A DNA stretch of 64,000 nucleotides from Vicugna vicugna (lineage: Eukaryota): NCBI GenBank assembly GCA_013265495.1, contig MU058221.1, positions 2,232,001 through 2,296,000 of the forward strand, read 5' to 3'. The notes under the pieces are model-generated. The model made no database searches, was not told where the DNA came from, and saw only the letters and a list, made by a program, of their open reading frames with translations. Shown here in pieces: positions 50,171 through 62,399 of the stretch (its first letter is position 1; each line of letters starts with the position of its first letter). A program made the position numbers and the translations under genes.

Positions 50171-50734
50171 CTGCAAACCACAGGTATTGAGAGCCTCACT
50201 GACTTGTCTGACTCAAGACCATTCGTGGTGCAAGTAAATAGATGAACAAGCTGTCAGTGTCCTCCTCCGTGCTTGTGACAGTGGGGGCGCTGGAAGGTAC
50301 TTACTTCAACGTGCACTCTCCTTAATATGTTTGAAGAGAGCATTTCTACCACAGCCACGTCAGAAGGTGGGGAGCCGGGGGTGCCCACTGGGAAGTACTC
50401 GGGGATGAGTGGCTCTGAGTGGAGAACGGAGAGCACGCCGTGACGCCAGTCCTTCTTACGTTGTTTATAAAATTAGTTCAGATTCAGAGGCAACAATTCC
50501 TGGGTGCCTAAGATACGTGTTCTTAGAGCACATGGTTACCTGTTTGGTTCTCAGAACAACCCTGCTTTGGAGTAAGTCCAGTCACCCATGCTGAGCGGGG
50601 CTCACCACTCTCTGACCCCTGAGAGATGACAAAAGGGGGACTTCCTTGGTTTTCATTTGAGTCCCCCCCGGGCCTCTGTCACCTGGACGACTGGACTATG
50701 GGCAGGTCAGAGGAGCATTTCGTTTTGTGAAGGG

Positions 50735-50875
50735 TGAGAGTGTGAGCTGTGGAATCAGACTCCCTGGGGTCCAGCCCCAAACACCAGATGTGCGACCACG
50801 GCAGGTCATTTGAACAGTCCAGGCGTCCGTGTTCTCATCTGTAAAGTTGGGCGATGTCAGTCCTTCTATCACAGG
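50735..50875 (+). mobile_element. MIR
   Basis: TGGAATCAGAC...GTGCGACCACGGCAGGTCATTT...TTCTCATCTGTAAAGTTGGG. Confidence 0.6.
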
Positions 50876-50972
50876 GTACAGGCAAGCGCTGAGAATCTTG
50901 CCAGCATCATCAGCAGCGCTATGGCAGCCAGAATCCTATGTACTGTCTCTGTTTGAATTTATAGCAGTCGAG

Positions 50973-51181
50973 TTTTTTTCCTAATTGAAGTACAGTCGGT
51001 TACAGCGTGTCAGTTTCCCATGTACAGCGTAACGCCCCTGTCATGCATCTATACACACATATATACGTATATTCGTTTTCATATTCTTTTTCATTAAAGG
51101 TTATTACAAGATACTGAATACAGTTCCCTGTGCTGTACAGAAGAAATTTGTTTTTTTTAATCTATGTTTATATATAGTGGT
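50973..51181 (-). mobile_element. LINE-1 3' end with diverged TSD
   Basis: TAATTGAAGTACAGTC...GTTATTACAAGATACTGAATACAGTTCCCTGTGCTGTACAG. Flanks TTTATAGCAGTCGAGTTTT / TTTTAGCAGCTGACTTTT|AA (canonical L1 endonuclease site). Confidence 0.88.
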
Positions 51182-52569
51182 GAGCCTTTTAGCAGCTGAC
51201 TTTTAAGGTCTGCATGCCCTTTGATCAATCACGGATCATTAAATGGCCACATCAGAAAAAAAAAAGATTCAGCTTTCTTTGTATTACTACTCTATACAAA
51301 TTACATACGTTCATGTGTGTACATCAGCTGTCCGTTTGGAGAGCCGTCCTCTGTGCTGGGCCCTATGCTAAGAGCCCTGCACCTGTGTTTTTATTTCACC
51401 TGAATCATCCTGTGAGAATCTGGGGTCCTTCTGTAGCTCATTTTAGAAAGGAGGTTGCTAAGGCTCACTGAGGAAAGAAACTTTCCCGCAGAAGTGGGAT
51501 TCTAATGTCCATTCATCTAGCAAATTAAAAAAAGAAAAGGTATATGTAATTGATCTGCTCATTTCAGTGACTCTAAGGAATGAAAATTGGTTCACGAGCC
51601 TAAGCCTAGGATAAAGTCGTACGTCCAAGAAAGTTTCTCGGTATAAAACACTGCGTATCTGGAGCTTATGAATCAAGATGAGGAAGTAAAACCCTAACTA
51701 CACATTGCAGACAGGTATCTGTTGTTGAGCTGCATTGTGCTGAATGTTCACGTTCTCCTCGCTGCGGGACTTGTGCTGAGGATTTAATCATGGGAACGCT
51801 TTTGCCTCTGACTGCAGGTCGGTGTTTGGCCAATGTCTAGTGGACTGACATTTCCCAGCATGTTGCACAAACCTAGTACTTCCTTACTAATTTGGGCCAA
51901 AGAAGCCAGCCTGCTGGAAGTGTCTGTGATGCCTGTCAATCCAGCTATGCGATGATGGTGAAATAGTCCTCAAAGAAACCCTTGAACACTGGGGGGTTTG
52001 TAGTCCAAATGCACAAAACAACAACAACAACAATGGAATGTTTCAGAGGAGACAGTCGTGTTGGGTTAATTCCCCGTGCACGTTTCTAGACTCTTAGCCT
52101 GCTCCTGGCTTGGAGATGGGAGTCCTGCTCCCTGTTCCATGGAAAACACTTCAAAACTGAAGTGTTAGTGACTGAGGGGTGCCTCTGTCTGAGAGTCTTT
52201 GAGCCATTAACCTCTCTGGGCTTGGTTTCCTCTCAGTTTGCTGTGGAAGCTGGAGTCGAATCAAAGTTCTGTCCTGGACACCGTGGAGGGTGTCCAGGAG
52301 ATGTGTTGGTGACACCATGACACCAGTGACACCGAACCTCATCTCCTGGTGATTCGATAGCTCCGTAAGTTGGGTGGAAGCAGGGACCGATCTGCCTTGG
52401 TTGAAATGTTAATGAGGGCAGGCAAAATCTCAAGTTTTGTCTTCCTGTTTGTGGTGCCAATGGGTGCCTGCCAAAGCCCCGTAACCCCCTCCCCAAACTT
52501 CTAGCCCTTGGACATCTGCCTGCCTCTCTTTAGAAAATAAAGTGCATCCTTTTCTGATGTGTGTTTTCC

Positions 52570-52970
52570 CTGGCAGAATTAGTAGCCCTGGGTGATGTCT
52601 AAACGCTCAATGAGAAGTTCCAGACCAGCTGGTCTACCTCAACCCCATGTCTCCGTCTTCCCGGAGTCATAAGTCCCAGTGCCCCTCACAGACCCTCTGA
52701 CTTCACCCACAGCCAGTCAAAAACTCGTGCATGAGCTGATCATGTAGCCCCCTCCCTGTGTTCATTAATCCCTTCCCAGTAAAAGACCCTGCGTGCTCTC
52801 CCCAGCACTCACACGGGCCCCTCCCGTCTGTGTGGCCCCTGTTGCCTAGAGCAGTGTACCCAGTAAACTTTTGCCTTGTCTCTTAAACTTCCTTTGTCTC
52901 TGGTAGCTTTTTCGCCTGTGCATGGGCCTGCCTCATTCCCCAGCACTGTTCGTGTCCCCAGCCTCTGACA
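52570..52970 (+). mobile_element. Old ERVL-class LTR (MER54/73/74-like)
   Basis: GTTCCAGACCAGCTG, TAAAAGACCC, poly(A)-like AGTAAAC, CTTTGTCTCTGGTA and a ...TGACA end. Family assignment tentative. Confidence 0.45.
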
Positions 52971-53394
52971 CGGACTTGAACTTGGAGGTCGAATTCATGA
53001 AGGATAGCCCCCGAGAGTAAGGCCATCCTAGATGTGGGCAGACACGGAGCAAGGCTGGATGCTGGTGTGCTCCTGAGAAGCAGCTCTGTGCCCTTGGTGC
53101 GTGCAGGCTGAGGACTGGGAATGGAGCGGCAGGATCTTGGGTAGATTTGGCAGGACACGTGGCTCGTTCTTTAGGGAGACTCCAGGGAATGGTGACTTCA
53201 GGTATGCCATCAAGGTGTGCCTGAGGCAGCCTTCCAGAGCTCCCGTGTCCATAAAGTGCAAGGGGATATAATGACTTGTGTGCACGCAAGCGTAGATGGA
53301 AGTGGCCCGGGTCCTAGAGAGCCACCCCGGGTTTTTGTGGCCCTCCTGAGACAAGGAAGAGTGCAGTGAGTGCAGGTGTTAGAGAAGTTGGATC

Positions 53395-53561
53395 AAGGGA
53401 ATTGTGCCGATACGCGGTGACTAAGAAAACAGACATCGGGGCCAGATTATTGCTGCTCAGAACCCCACTCCTCCACTTACAACCCGCGTGGCAGTGGGCA
53501 AATCAGCCTCTCTGTGCCTCAGTCTCCTCCCCTGTGAAGTGGGAGAAAGTAATAAAGTGTT
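53395..53561 (+). mobile_element. MIR, interrupted by the L1 (continues ~54270-54311)
   Basis: CCACTTAC...TGGGCAAATCAGCCTCTCTGTGCCTCAGTCTCCTCCCCTGTGAAGTGGG. Confidence 0.7.
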
Positions 53562-53573
53562 AAGAATGGAACC

Positions 53574-54257
53574 TAACACTGTTGATGGGAATGTCGTTTA
53601 GTGCAGCCACTATGGATAACAGTATGGAGACTCCTTAAAAAACTAAAAGTGGACTTACCATATGATCCAGCAGTCCCACTCCTGGGCGTATATCCAGAGA
53701 AAACTCTTAATTTGAAAAGACACCTGCACCCCAATGTTCACAGCAGCACTTTTTACAATAGCCAAGACATGGAAGCAACCTAAATGTCCATTGACAGATG
53801 ACTGGATAAAGAAGTTGTGGTATATTTATACAGTGGAATACTACTTAGCCATAAAAAATAAAACAATGTCATTTGCAGCAACATGGATGAACCTAGAGAT
53901 GATCATACTAAGTGAAGTAAGTCAGACAGAGAAAGACAAACACCATATGACATCACTTATATGTGGAAAATGATACACATGAACTTATTTACAAAATAGC
54001 AACAGACTCACAGACATAGAAAACAAACTTACGGTTACCAAAGGAGAAGGTGGCAGGGGAGGATAAGTTAGGAGGTTAGCACTAGCAGATGCAAACACTG
54101 TATACAAACTAGGTGAACAATAAGGTGCTACCATATAGTACAGCATTCAGTATCTTCTAACAACCTAGATGAAAAACCTCTCATCAGAATCACTGTGGTG
54201 TGCTCCAGAGACCAACACAACAGTGTAAATCAACTGTACTTTAATTGAAAAAAAAAA
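53574..54257 (+). mobile_element. LINE-1, 5'-truncated (ORF2 C-terminus, 3' UTR and poly-A)
   Basis: ORF2 remnant, L1 3' UTR and A-tail. TSD AAGAATGGAACC (53562) / AAGAATAGAGCC (54258). Confidence 0.95.
53601..53973 (+). pseudogene. Frameshifted LINE-1 ORF2p C-terminal remnant
   Basis: [31 protein letters not shown] and [19 protein letters not shown]...WIKKLWYIYTVEYY...ATWMNLEMIILSEVSQ match the L1 ORF2p C-terminus in two different frames. Confidence 0.93.
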
Positions 54258-56820
54258 AAGAATAGAGCCCGGCCAAGAATGAGTGCTTTGTGAGTATTTG
54301 CTATTATTGTTACCACTGAGTTATGTAAGAAGAAACAAAAGTGCATTTTTTCAGGCACCTGTCTGGGGATGGGAGACTAGAACCTAGAGTCTCCTGATAC
54401 TCAAACTTGAAGGGTAAAAAGGAGTTACAGTCAGTGGAATTTAAGTGTTGCACTCAATATCATTAGATCCGTGCCCCCACCCCGGGCCCCTTGTTTTCCT
54501 ATGAGCCTTTCTTCATTTACTGATTCAAGTGCTTCTTTTGTCGTGTGGACCATCCTTAAAACCTTGAGCAAGTGGCATAATTCCTCCAGGACTCAGTTTC
54601 CTCCTCTGTGAAATGGATAGCCGCGCAAACTCGAAGGGTTGTGAGTTCTAAACAGATGCGCCCACAAAACGCATATGCAGCAGCGAGCGTCGTGCTTGTG
54701 TGTTTGTGTTGTCATTGTCAGGGGTCAGCTTGATTCCTATTTTGCTGTTAAAAACTGGCAACAATTAGAAGACCAAATCTAAAACAAGGAAAGTTGCCTC
54801 AAGCGATCGTGGTCAGTGGACTCCTCTGGCGGCCGCCATGCTGTTGATCAGCTCTGGCTGGAAGCCTTCGGTGTGTTTGAAAGTCAACTGCCTGTGATGT
54901 GTCAGTATCAGGATGATTTGAGGAGTCCTGCCGTCTGCTTGTGGATGACAACTGTAGATTTGCCAGCTCCGTGTGTAATTAAATCCTGCCAAGGCCTCAG
55001 GTATGTTCTTAGCCAGACCTGATTTATTTAGATGTTTGTCTTTAGAATGAATGCCAGGGTAAAATTTGTTTTGTTTCTTCCTCTCCATCAATGCCTTAAA
55101 AATCCAATCTCTTTGTCAGTGACAAGTATTGATACACTTTGTCAAACAAGAAATATCTTCAGCTTCTAGAACTAAAAACTCAATAATTTTCAGCAGACTT
55201 TCCTAAGATAATAATGTAATTTATCTTTCACAGAATATTAAAGGCGAGCCTTGAAGGTGAGGGCAAAAAGCCCATTTATGCCTCAAATTAGAAAGATAAT
55301 TTAGAGGCAGTAGCATTTATATTCATTTGAATTTAACAACCTGAAGTGGCAAGGTTCACACTGGTGATGATTTCCACCCGAGATTTTCTTTGACAAAAGG
55401 AATAATTGTATGTTCCGCTTTGGGAGTTAGACGTACTTAATGTTGCGTACGGTGAAATGGAGGCAATAAAACCCCAAGGGGTCGAAATCTGTGAGGAATG
55501 AGATATTCTGGTTAATTGAATTTTGGGGTGGTTGTATCTAAGCAGATGGTGGCTTTACAATGACAGGTACAAGAATCTTTCTAAAATGTCTGAATCTAAC
55601 CTCCTGTCTCAGTTTCGTGTGATCTGCTAGGGTCATCGCTGGAGTAAGATGTGGAGAAGGTTTGGGGCTGAATAGGGATTTTGCTGGGATTCCCTCTTGT
55701 TAGCGTTTTACTGGCTTGGTGACTGACTGGTGGTGGGTCTTTTGCTTTATTTTATACTTAGAGCTTCTGTGTTTGTGACTTGCTTTCTTCTGATATTTAT
55801 GCATGTCACAGAGATCCACAGCTCTGGGCTCGTGGACGTCACTCAGCTAGCTTGAACTGTTGAAGCTCTTTGGATTTGGGTCTGTTGAAGAGAGAGTGTG
55901 GGACCAGAACTGAACACTGTCTCATGGTCCTTCCCCTCCAGGGGGGTCTGTGACATGGAGGAGGGTCCCGGCCAGATGGTGAAATTGACAAGACGTCACG
56001 TCATGGCGTCTCCCCCCGGCCCCTCCTTCTGGGTTCTTTGCTTCTCCCCACTTGTGTAGAACAGACACTCAAGCCTTTTCTGCAGTTTATTAGAGGAGAC
56101 GATCAGGAGGAAAGTATTAAACTCGTGTGTAAGTAGCACAGTGGTTACCTTCTGGCTGCTACGTCTGCGGCTTTAGACCCCAGAGGTCCATGCATTTCGT
56201 TTAAGAAATGTGCTCGGAAGGAAAAAAACCCAAAAGACGTGGTATAATACCTCTGCCACCCACCAGAATTACAACCTACAGCGGTAAATAAGCACGAGGA
56301 GAGAGGTTATCACGGTTCAGCAGTGACCCAGCGCCCTTCTCGAGGGCACGGGCCTGCCCTCGGGAGCAGTCAGTAGGCAGCCTTGCTGTTGAACCTGGGG
56401 AAACCGAGGCGACTCTATTCAAATGCAGCGTTCTCAGTTTACCTGCTGGACTCCGTCGCTCCCTTCCTGTTGTTCCCCTGGTCACAGACACTCACACACA
56501 CACTGTCACCCTCAGAGAGGGGCTTTCTGGAAGCGACTTTGTGTGACGCCGCACTGCCTCGGGTGGCCGCCTCGCTCCTCGCCCGCGCGGCGGTGGGAGC
56601 CCCGGCGTGGCCGCGCGCTGCAGGCGGGCGCTGCTTCTCGTCTCTTTCGGTCCGTTAGAAAGAGACGAGAAGGCTCACGGGGAGTGGGAGATAGCACATA
56701 AAGAAAAGATGAGTGAATTCAGAAAGGAGGGAATTAACGCTTATTTCCAGAAATGAAAGCAGCTCCGAAGAAAAATGCAAAAGAAGGGCTTTGGTGTGTT
56801 TTCCAGACATGACTTCACTA

Positions 56821-57180
56821 TTTTTTTTCACTGAAGTAGTCAGTTTACAATGTTGTGTCCGTTTCGGGTGTGCAGCACGGTGCTCCAGTCACACGTACAC
56901 CTGCATGTGTTCCTCTTCATATTCTTCTGAATCGTAGGTCACTGCAAGGTAGTGAATATGGTTCCCCGTGCTCTACAGTAGAAGGTGGTTGTCTATCTGT
57001 TTTATATTTAGTGGTTAGTGTCTGCAAATCTTAAACTCCCAGTGCACCCCTTCCCTCCCGCTTTCCCCCCGGTAAGCATCAGTTTGTCCTCTGTGTCTGC
57101 GAGTCTGTCTCTGTTTTGTAAATCAGTTCATTTGTGTCTTTTCTTTTTTAAGAGTCCACTGTAAGTGACATCGTACGGTC
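56821..57180 (-). mobile_element. LINE-1 3' end
   Basis: Poly-T, then TGAAGTAGTCAGTTTACAATGTTGTG...TGAATATGGTTCCCCGTGCT...TGTGTCTGCGAGTCTG...GTAAGTGACATCGTACGG. Confidence 0.88.
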
Positions 57181-59239
57181 TGGATTCACGCTTATTTGCA
57201 GTCTGCTTGTTGCTCTTATGCTTAATCGCTTTTCTCAAATAATTTTCTTGTTCCAGCTCTTGACTCTGGAGGCACAGGGCCCTGGTCTCCACTCCGTTGC
57301 TCTCCACCCCAGCCCCGCCCCGACCCCATCCTCAGTGAACCAGGGCTGTACCAGGAAGCCCCCGGGACACGACAGCAGCTCCTCAGCCTGGGCTTCCTCG
57401 CTGATTCTGCAGAGAAGCCTCAGAAGATGCGCCGGCGCAGAGGGGATGCGGTCAGCGGTGTCCATTGGGCACCACAGTATGGGGGGTGCTGATTCTCAGC
57501 ATAACTTGAGGCCATTGTTACATCAAATGATGCAGGTTCAGAGGACAAAGCTCAGGGCCCCGCGTGGCATCTGGCGGCAGAGTCTGTTCGTCTCGGCAGC
57601 ACAATTATCTCAGCTTGCTTCAGTCAGCTGAGAGGTTGCAACAATATTTCAGCCAGCGTTCCGTCACGTTAAAATGTTCTGATACCTGTTTGAATTGCAT
57701 TGCTTTAACGTTAATAAATCCATAATGGTCACAGCGGCAGGGGTGGTGGATGAATCGCTCTGGAAGGCGTGTGCATTAACCAGCTCCTTGGGCCTCACTT
57801 CTTTCTGCATCCGCTCCTAGGGTTTGGCGTCTGTGAGGAAGGAGACTAGCCCTTTGCAGTCATCTAACATCCGTATTCTAGAATCACTTCCCTCTGTGAT
57901 GGTCACATCCAGGCGGTCTGCCCAGAGAAGTGGAACCCAACACACGGGTAATCCAGCGTGATTCAGAATATTTTACAAGACTGTCTTGCTTTGGAATGTG
58001 TCCTGTATTCAAATACAGGAGCAGCCACGATTCGATTAGATGAATTCACATCACCTAGAGTTAAAGCTCTGTGGTGAAGACTGTCCAGGAAGCTGCCAGT
58101 TTTTACTGCTCATTTCTGATGCTCAACCCCTTTGCTACCAGTTCAAGATTCCTCTTTTTCAGGCTTATTCTGGAGTGGGCACTGAGCAGTGTTTTTGAAG
58201 TCTTAAGGTCTCTTGGCTTCTAAGATACATGGAGAATATTGAGATGTCAACTAAATACGTGGGACACCTATGCCCCAGTTGTCAAGTTCCCATTGTCCCT
58301 TAATAAGCCTCACAGTATTATTTGCTGAAGTCAGAAGAATTTACTGTACACTGAGCTCCCCCGGCTCATTGGTATGTGAGCTCCGTGTAAAATAATTCCT
58401 CTAAACGTGCCCTTCAGACATGAGACAGATTGTATTATTGGGCCCAGAGCATGTGTAGCATCCTAGTGAGTTTGTCCTTTATGCAAATTGATAGTTGATC
58501 CTTGACCTCTTCCCTATGAATTACCTTTACTAATGACTAAGTGAGAAGACTCCACATAATGCATATTAGTAAAAAAAAAAATTAGACATATTTGAAAGCC
58601 GTGAGAAGTCCTGTACCAGCCTGGAGGTCTGATGATGGTGCAGGATATGGCAGGTGGAGGTGACCGTCGATCAAGATTCTCAGCTCTCTTTAGAAATGTC
58701 GAATCAAATAGAAGGGTTTTTTGTTCGTTTGTCTTGTTTCAAGCTTGTTTGGCCTTTAGCAGAAAGCAGCTCTGTGCAGAAAGTGATCATTTTGAGTCAC
58801 TGTAGAACTCTGATCTAAAGGAGAGATTTTACTCACCTAGCCACTGCTTTAGCCTTTATTGAAAGTCCTTGAAGACCACGATGGTGCTAAATCCTCACTG
58901 TCCTCTCCACCAGTACTCACCTGGCACCTACAGTGCGGTGGGTACCAGGCATAGGGCCTGGCGATTATAGAAACGCCGCCGAGAACTTGCTGCCCCGAGG
59001 TGCTTAGAGCAACAGGACACCTGCTCGGAGACCGTCCGCGGAGGGCTGACCTGTGGCCTGCTCTGCCCGTATGTGCTGCCTGAGCTCGGCGGGGCGAGAG
59101 TCATGCTCACCGGAGTGGCTTTGAGATGATTGTGCAGGGTAGGTGGTGAGGAGCTGAACCCTGGTAGACGGGAAGGAAGGACAGATGTGATGGGGGTCAG
59201 AGTAAGAATGGGACTAAAATGCATCCAACAGTTTTTACC

Positions 59240-59680
59240 CATCTTTCTCCTTTCCATCTCCATGACTGTCCAGTGCATCACCAATTCTTTGCTCACAGGG
59301 CCCCTTGAAAAAGCCCCCTCTTGGTACCTCACTGCCATCACCTTGGTCCGAGACCTTACTGCTTCCTGATTGGACAGCGCCAAAGCCATCATCCTTTCTC
59401 CAGCTGCACTATTGAGTACCAAATCATGTTTATCAAAACACCTTCTCCAACCTGCTTATTTCTGCTAAGGAAGCAAAACCAAAAAAAAAGAAAACAGCCC
59501 TGCAGGCCTTCCCTGCTCCTCCGGGGCCTGGCATGCCTGGCACGCCTTGCAGGCAGGCGCTCCAGCTGTGGTCTGCTCCTCTTGGTGTCCTCGAAGCTTC
59601 TTCGGCACAGATTTTTCACTCCCCACCTTTTTGTGTTCTTAGTTTCTTTTTCTGGAAATAGAATTCTCTCATCCTTACCA
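59240..59680 (+). mobile_element. L2 fragment
   Basis: CACTGCCATCACCTTGGTCCGAGACC...GCTTCCT...CCAGCTGTGGTCTG...TTCTTTTTCTGGAAAT. Confidence 0.45.
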
Positions 59681-61875
59681 TAGGGTGGTGGCTATTTTGG
59701 GTCAAAATACAGAAGACAATGCCTCTCGACTCTTCCCAACTTTGCTGGACTCTCCTCTGTGCTGGTTATAAAGCAGGCACCATTGACGTGGCCTGGGTCC
59801 CTTTTCATGTTGACCATGTCCAGCGCTGTTGGCCGTGGAGGGTTAAGGGACATCTAATGCGGTGATTACCCCATGTCTGGGACTTGTTCGGCACCTCCCT
59901 GCTGGGTGGCCGTGTCCGACCTGGAGCGCTGAGCCTAAGAGCTAGTCCTGGTCCCCTGCCTCAGCGAGAGGCGGGAGCAAAGCTGCGCGTAGGCAGCAGC
60001 GTGGGTGATGAACAGTTAAATCGAGACTTTCGGTGAGCGCTAAATTCCTAATTAAATATGATTTAATTCTGCTTATAGTGGCAGAAAAAGGGTCCTTACA
60101 GTTCTTTTGTCTGATTACATCACTTGCTACATTAAGTTCATTAGGAAGATCAGGCAATGAATAAAGGCCAAAGGAAATGAGCCATTTTTAATGAATGAGG
60201 AACAGTATGGCGGCCACTTACCAGCCAAGATGAATAGTAGCGATAAACTGTGGATTCATCTCTTTGACACTCTGTTTAAACGCATGCCTGTCGCCTGCTC
60301 TGTTCAGAAGCACGGATTGGGCAGGGAATGAGATTCACAGTGGTATTTGGAACCACTTTTTTGGGGGGAGGGGAACGCTCTGGTTAATTATCTGAAAAGT
60401 CTTGAATGATGCCCTGTGAATAACGTTTGAGAGCTCAGCCTTCTCCTCTGGTAGGGGCGAGGGGGATATTTTGTGCATCTGTTCGTTTCATCTAGATAAC
60501 TAGGTGGCTTCGCTCAGAACTGGAAGGGGCTCTTTCCAGTCCAGCTGCCTTCCAGAAACCAGGCAAAGCCTTTGCCACACCATTGCCTTGGAGCCCGGGC
60601 TCCTGCAGCCAGAGGCTTTTGCATAGATTTGTGACAGTGAAAGATCAAATCTTCCCAAAGTTTAAAATTCTGCAGCATTTCCAAAGAGGTAGCCACTGCA
60701 CTTTTGTAGGAAATTTTAATTGAACAGAGAAATAAAAGGAAAGCAGTCATATCTTTCCATCATTGCCTGACCGTTTTAAAAGTATATATTAAAATTCGTA
60801 TCATTTGGGTATTCATGCCTATGGCCGTCAAAACTTTTTCTTTAATCCACTCCCCTTGCCAACCCCCGGGAGAAACCACAGCGCAGATAGCAATTAAGAG
60901 ACAGCTGGTATCTTCCACAAAACGGGCTTTTTTTTTTAAAGTGCCTTTTAAAGCACTCTTCTTGTAGGGGGCTCTCCTTCTTGGCACTTCTGCCTTCTCC
61001 ATAGGGCACACAGTCACCGGGACGCTAGTGACTAACGGCAGCAGGAGCGTGCTGAGCCAGGATGTGTTGTTGCTAGCTTTCAGCTGTCAAGAGTCAAATT
61101 ATTTCTACCTTCAATGTTACTAAAAAAAAAAAAAAAAAGGACAAAAGACACGAAGGACATCTGAGTCTTGGCCTTTGGCAGAATTTGAGAGGCTGAGTCT
61201 AAGGGATGGAGTCGCTTCCTCGTCAGCCCACCAGTTCCGCCTGGGAATTCTGTGTTAAACTCGTCCCTTCCCCACATCATCCTGGTGCAAGCTCGGCGTA
61301 GCCTCACCTGTCCTGTTGTGAGCCCCACCCCGCCCGTCTGACACCTGCAGGCAGCCTCTTCTGCTCCAGGGTCTTCCCACCACGGTCGATTCCTAACCAG
61401 TCAGCCACGGGCGTCTCTCCCAAACAAGACTCAGAGTGGAGTATTCCCCCCTTGCCTACAGTTTCAATTAAAATTCCTCCAAAAGTGCAGTGGCTGCCTC
61501 TTTGGAAATATTGCAGAATTTTAAACTTTGGGAAGATTTGATGTCTCACAGTCGCAAATCTGTGTAAAAGCCTCTGGCTGCAGGAGCCTGGGCTCCAGGG
61601 CAGCGGTGTGGCAAAGGCTTTGCCTGGGGTTTTGAAAGGTAGCTGGATTTCCCCGGGGGCATACGTGAGCTTTCCTTGGCTTGCCCTGACCTTTCATGGT
61701 TGGGAGGTGAGGATGGACTAGTACAAGGAGACCAACAGAGAAAAAAGGGAAGGGGATGAACATGGAATGAAACTTGATGTATGCTTGGCTCTTTCAGGTG
61801 TGTTATTCTATTTCATACTGTGAACAAACCATTTAAGGGGATATTATTCATCCAAATCCAACCCAACCATCCATC

Positions 61876-62301
61876 TGCTGCTGGAGAATAGGTTCTTGCC
61901 CCATGCAGGAAAGAATTCAAGAGCCAGGCACGGTAAAGTGAAAGCAAGTTTATTTAGAGAGATCCATTCCATGGACAGAGGGCGGGCCATCTCAGAAGGC
62001 AAGATTGACCACAGGGTACAGGGTTGTCAGCTTTCATGGGCTTGGTAACTGCATATGCTAACAAGAAGGAGGGTTATTCTAACTACTTGAGAAGAGGCAG
62101 GGATTTCCAGGCATGGGTCCCCTCCCCACGTTTTGACCTTTTATGGTTGGCCTAGCACCTGTCACGGCACCTGTGGGTGCGCCATGAGGCTCAAGGTCCA
62201 CTGGAAGTTGACTCTTCTGCCATCTTGGTTCCCACCAGTTTGTTTTGTCCTCAATAGCTGTCCTTCAGTGGTTGTGCCCTGCCCCCTCTCCTTCTGTCTC
62301 A
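61876..62301 (-). mobile_element. ERV1 (MER4-group-like) solo LTR
   Basis: TGCTGC...TGTCTCA termini with perfect 4-bp TSD CATC/CATC. GAAAGAATTCAAGAG...AAAGCAAGTTTATTTAG (minus-strand AATAAA) and GCCATCTTGG. Confidence 0.85.
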
Positions 62302-62399
62302 CATCCATCCATCCATCCATCCATCTATACATCCAACTATTCATCCATTTCCTTCTGTCTCACATCCATCCATCTATACATCCAACTATTCATCCATTT
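62290..62399. repeat. Tandem duplication (61 + 49 bp) containing (CATC)n
   Basis: CCTTCTGTCTCA(CATC)nTATACATCCAACTATTCATCCATTT occurs twice; the copies differ only by three CATC units. Confidence 0.95.

Noticed and set aside
52971..53360. ERV internal (PBS/gag) sequence after the ERVL-type LTR
   Set aside because: No convincing tRNA-complementary PBS or recognisable gag peptide could be read.
4716..60223. Gene model built from minus-strand consensus donors (4716, 23594, 37102, 58914, 60217)
   Set aside because: G|GTRAGT is expected roughly 8 times per strand in 64 kb by chance, and the candidate exons encode no recognisable peptide.
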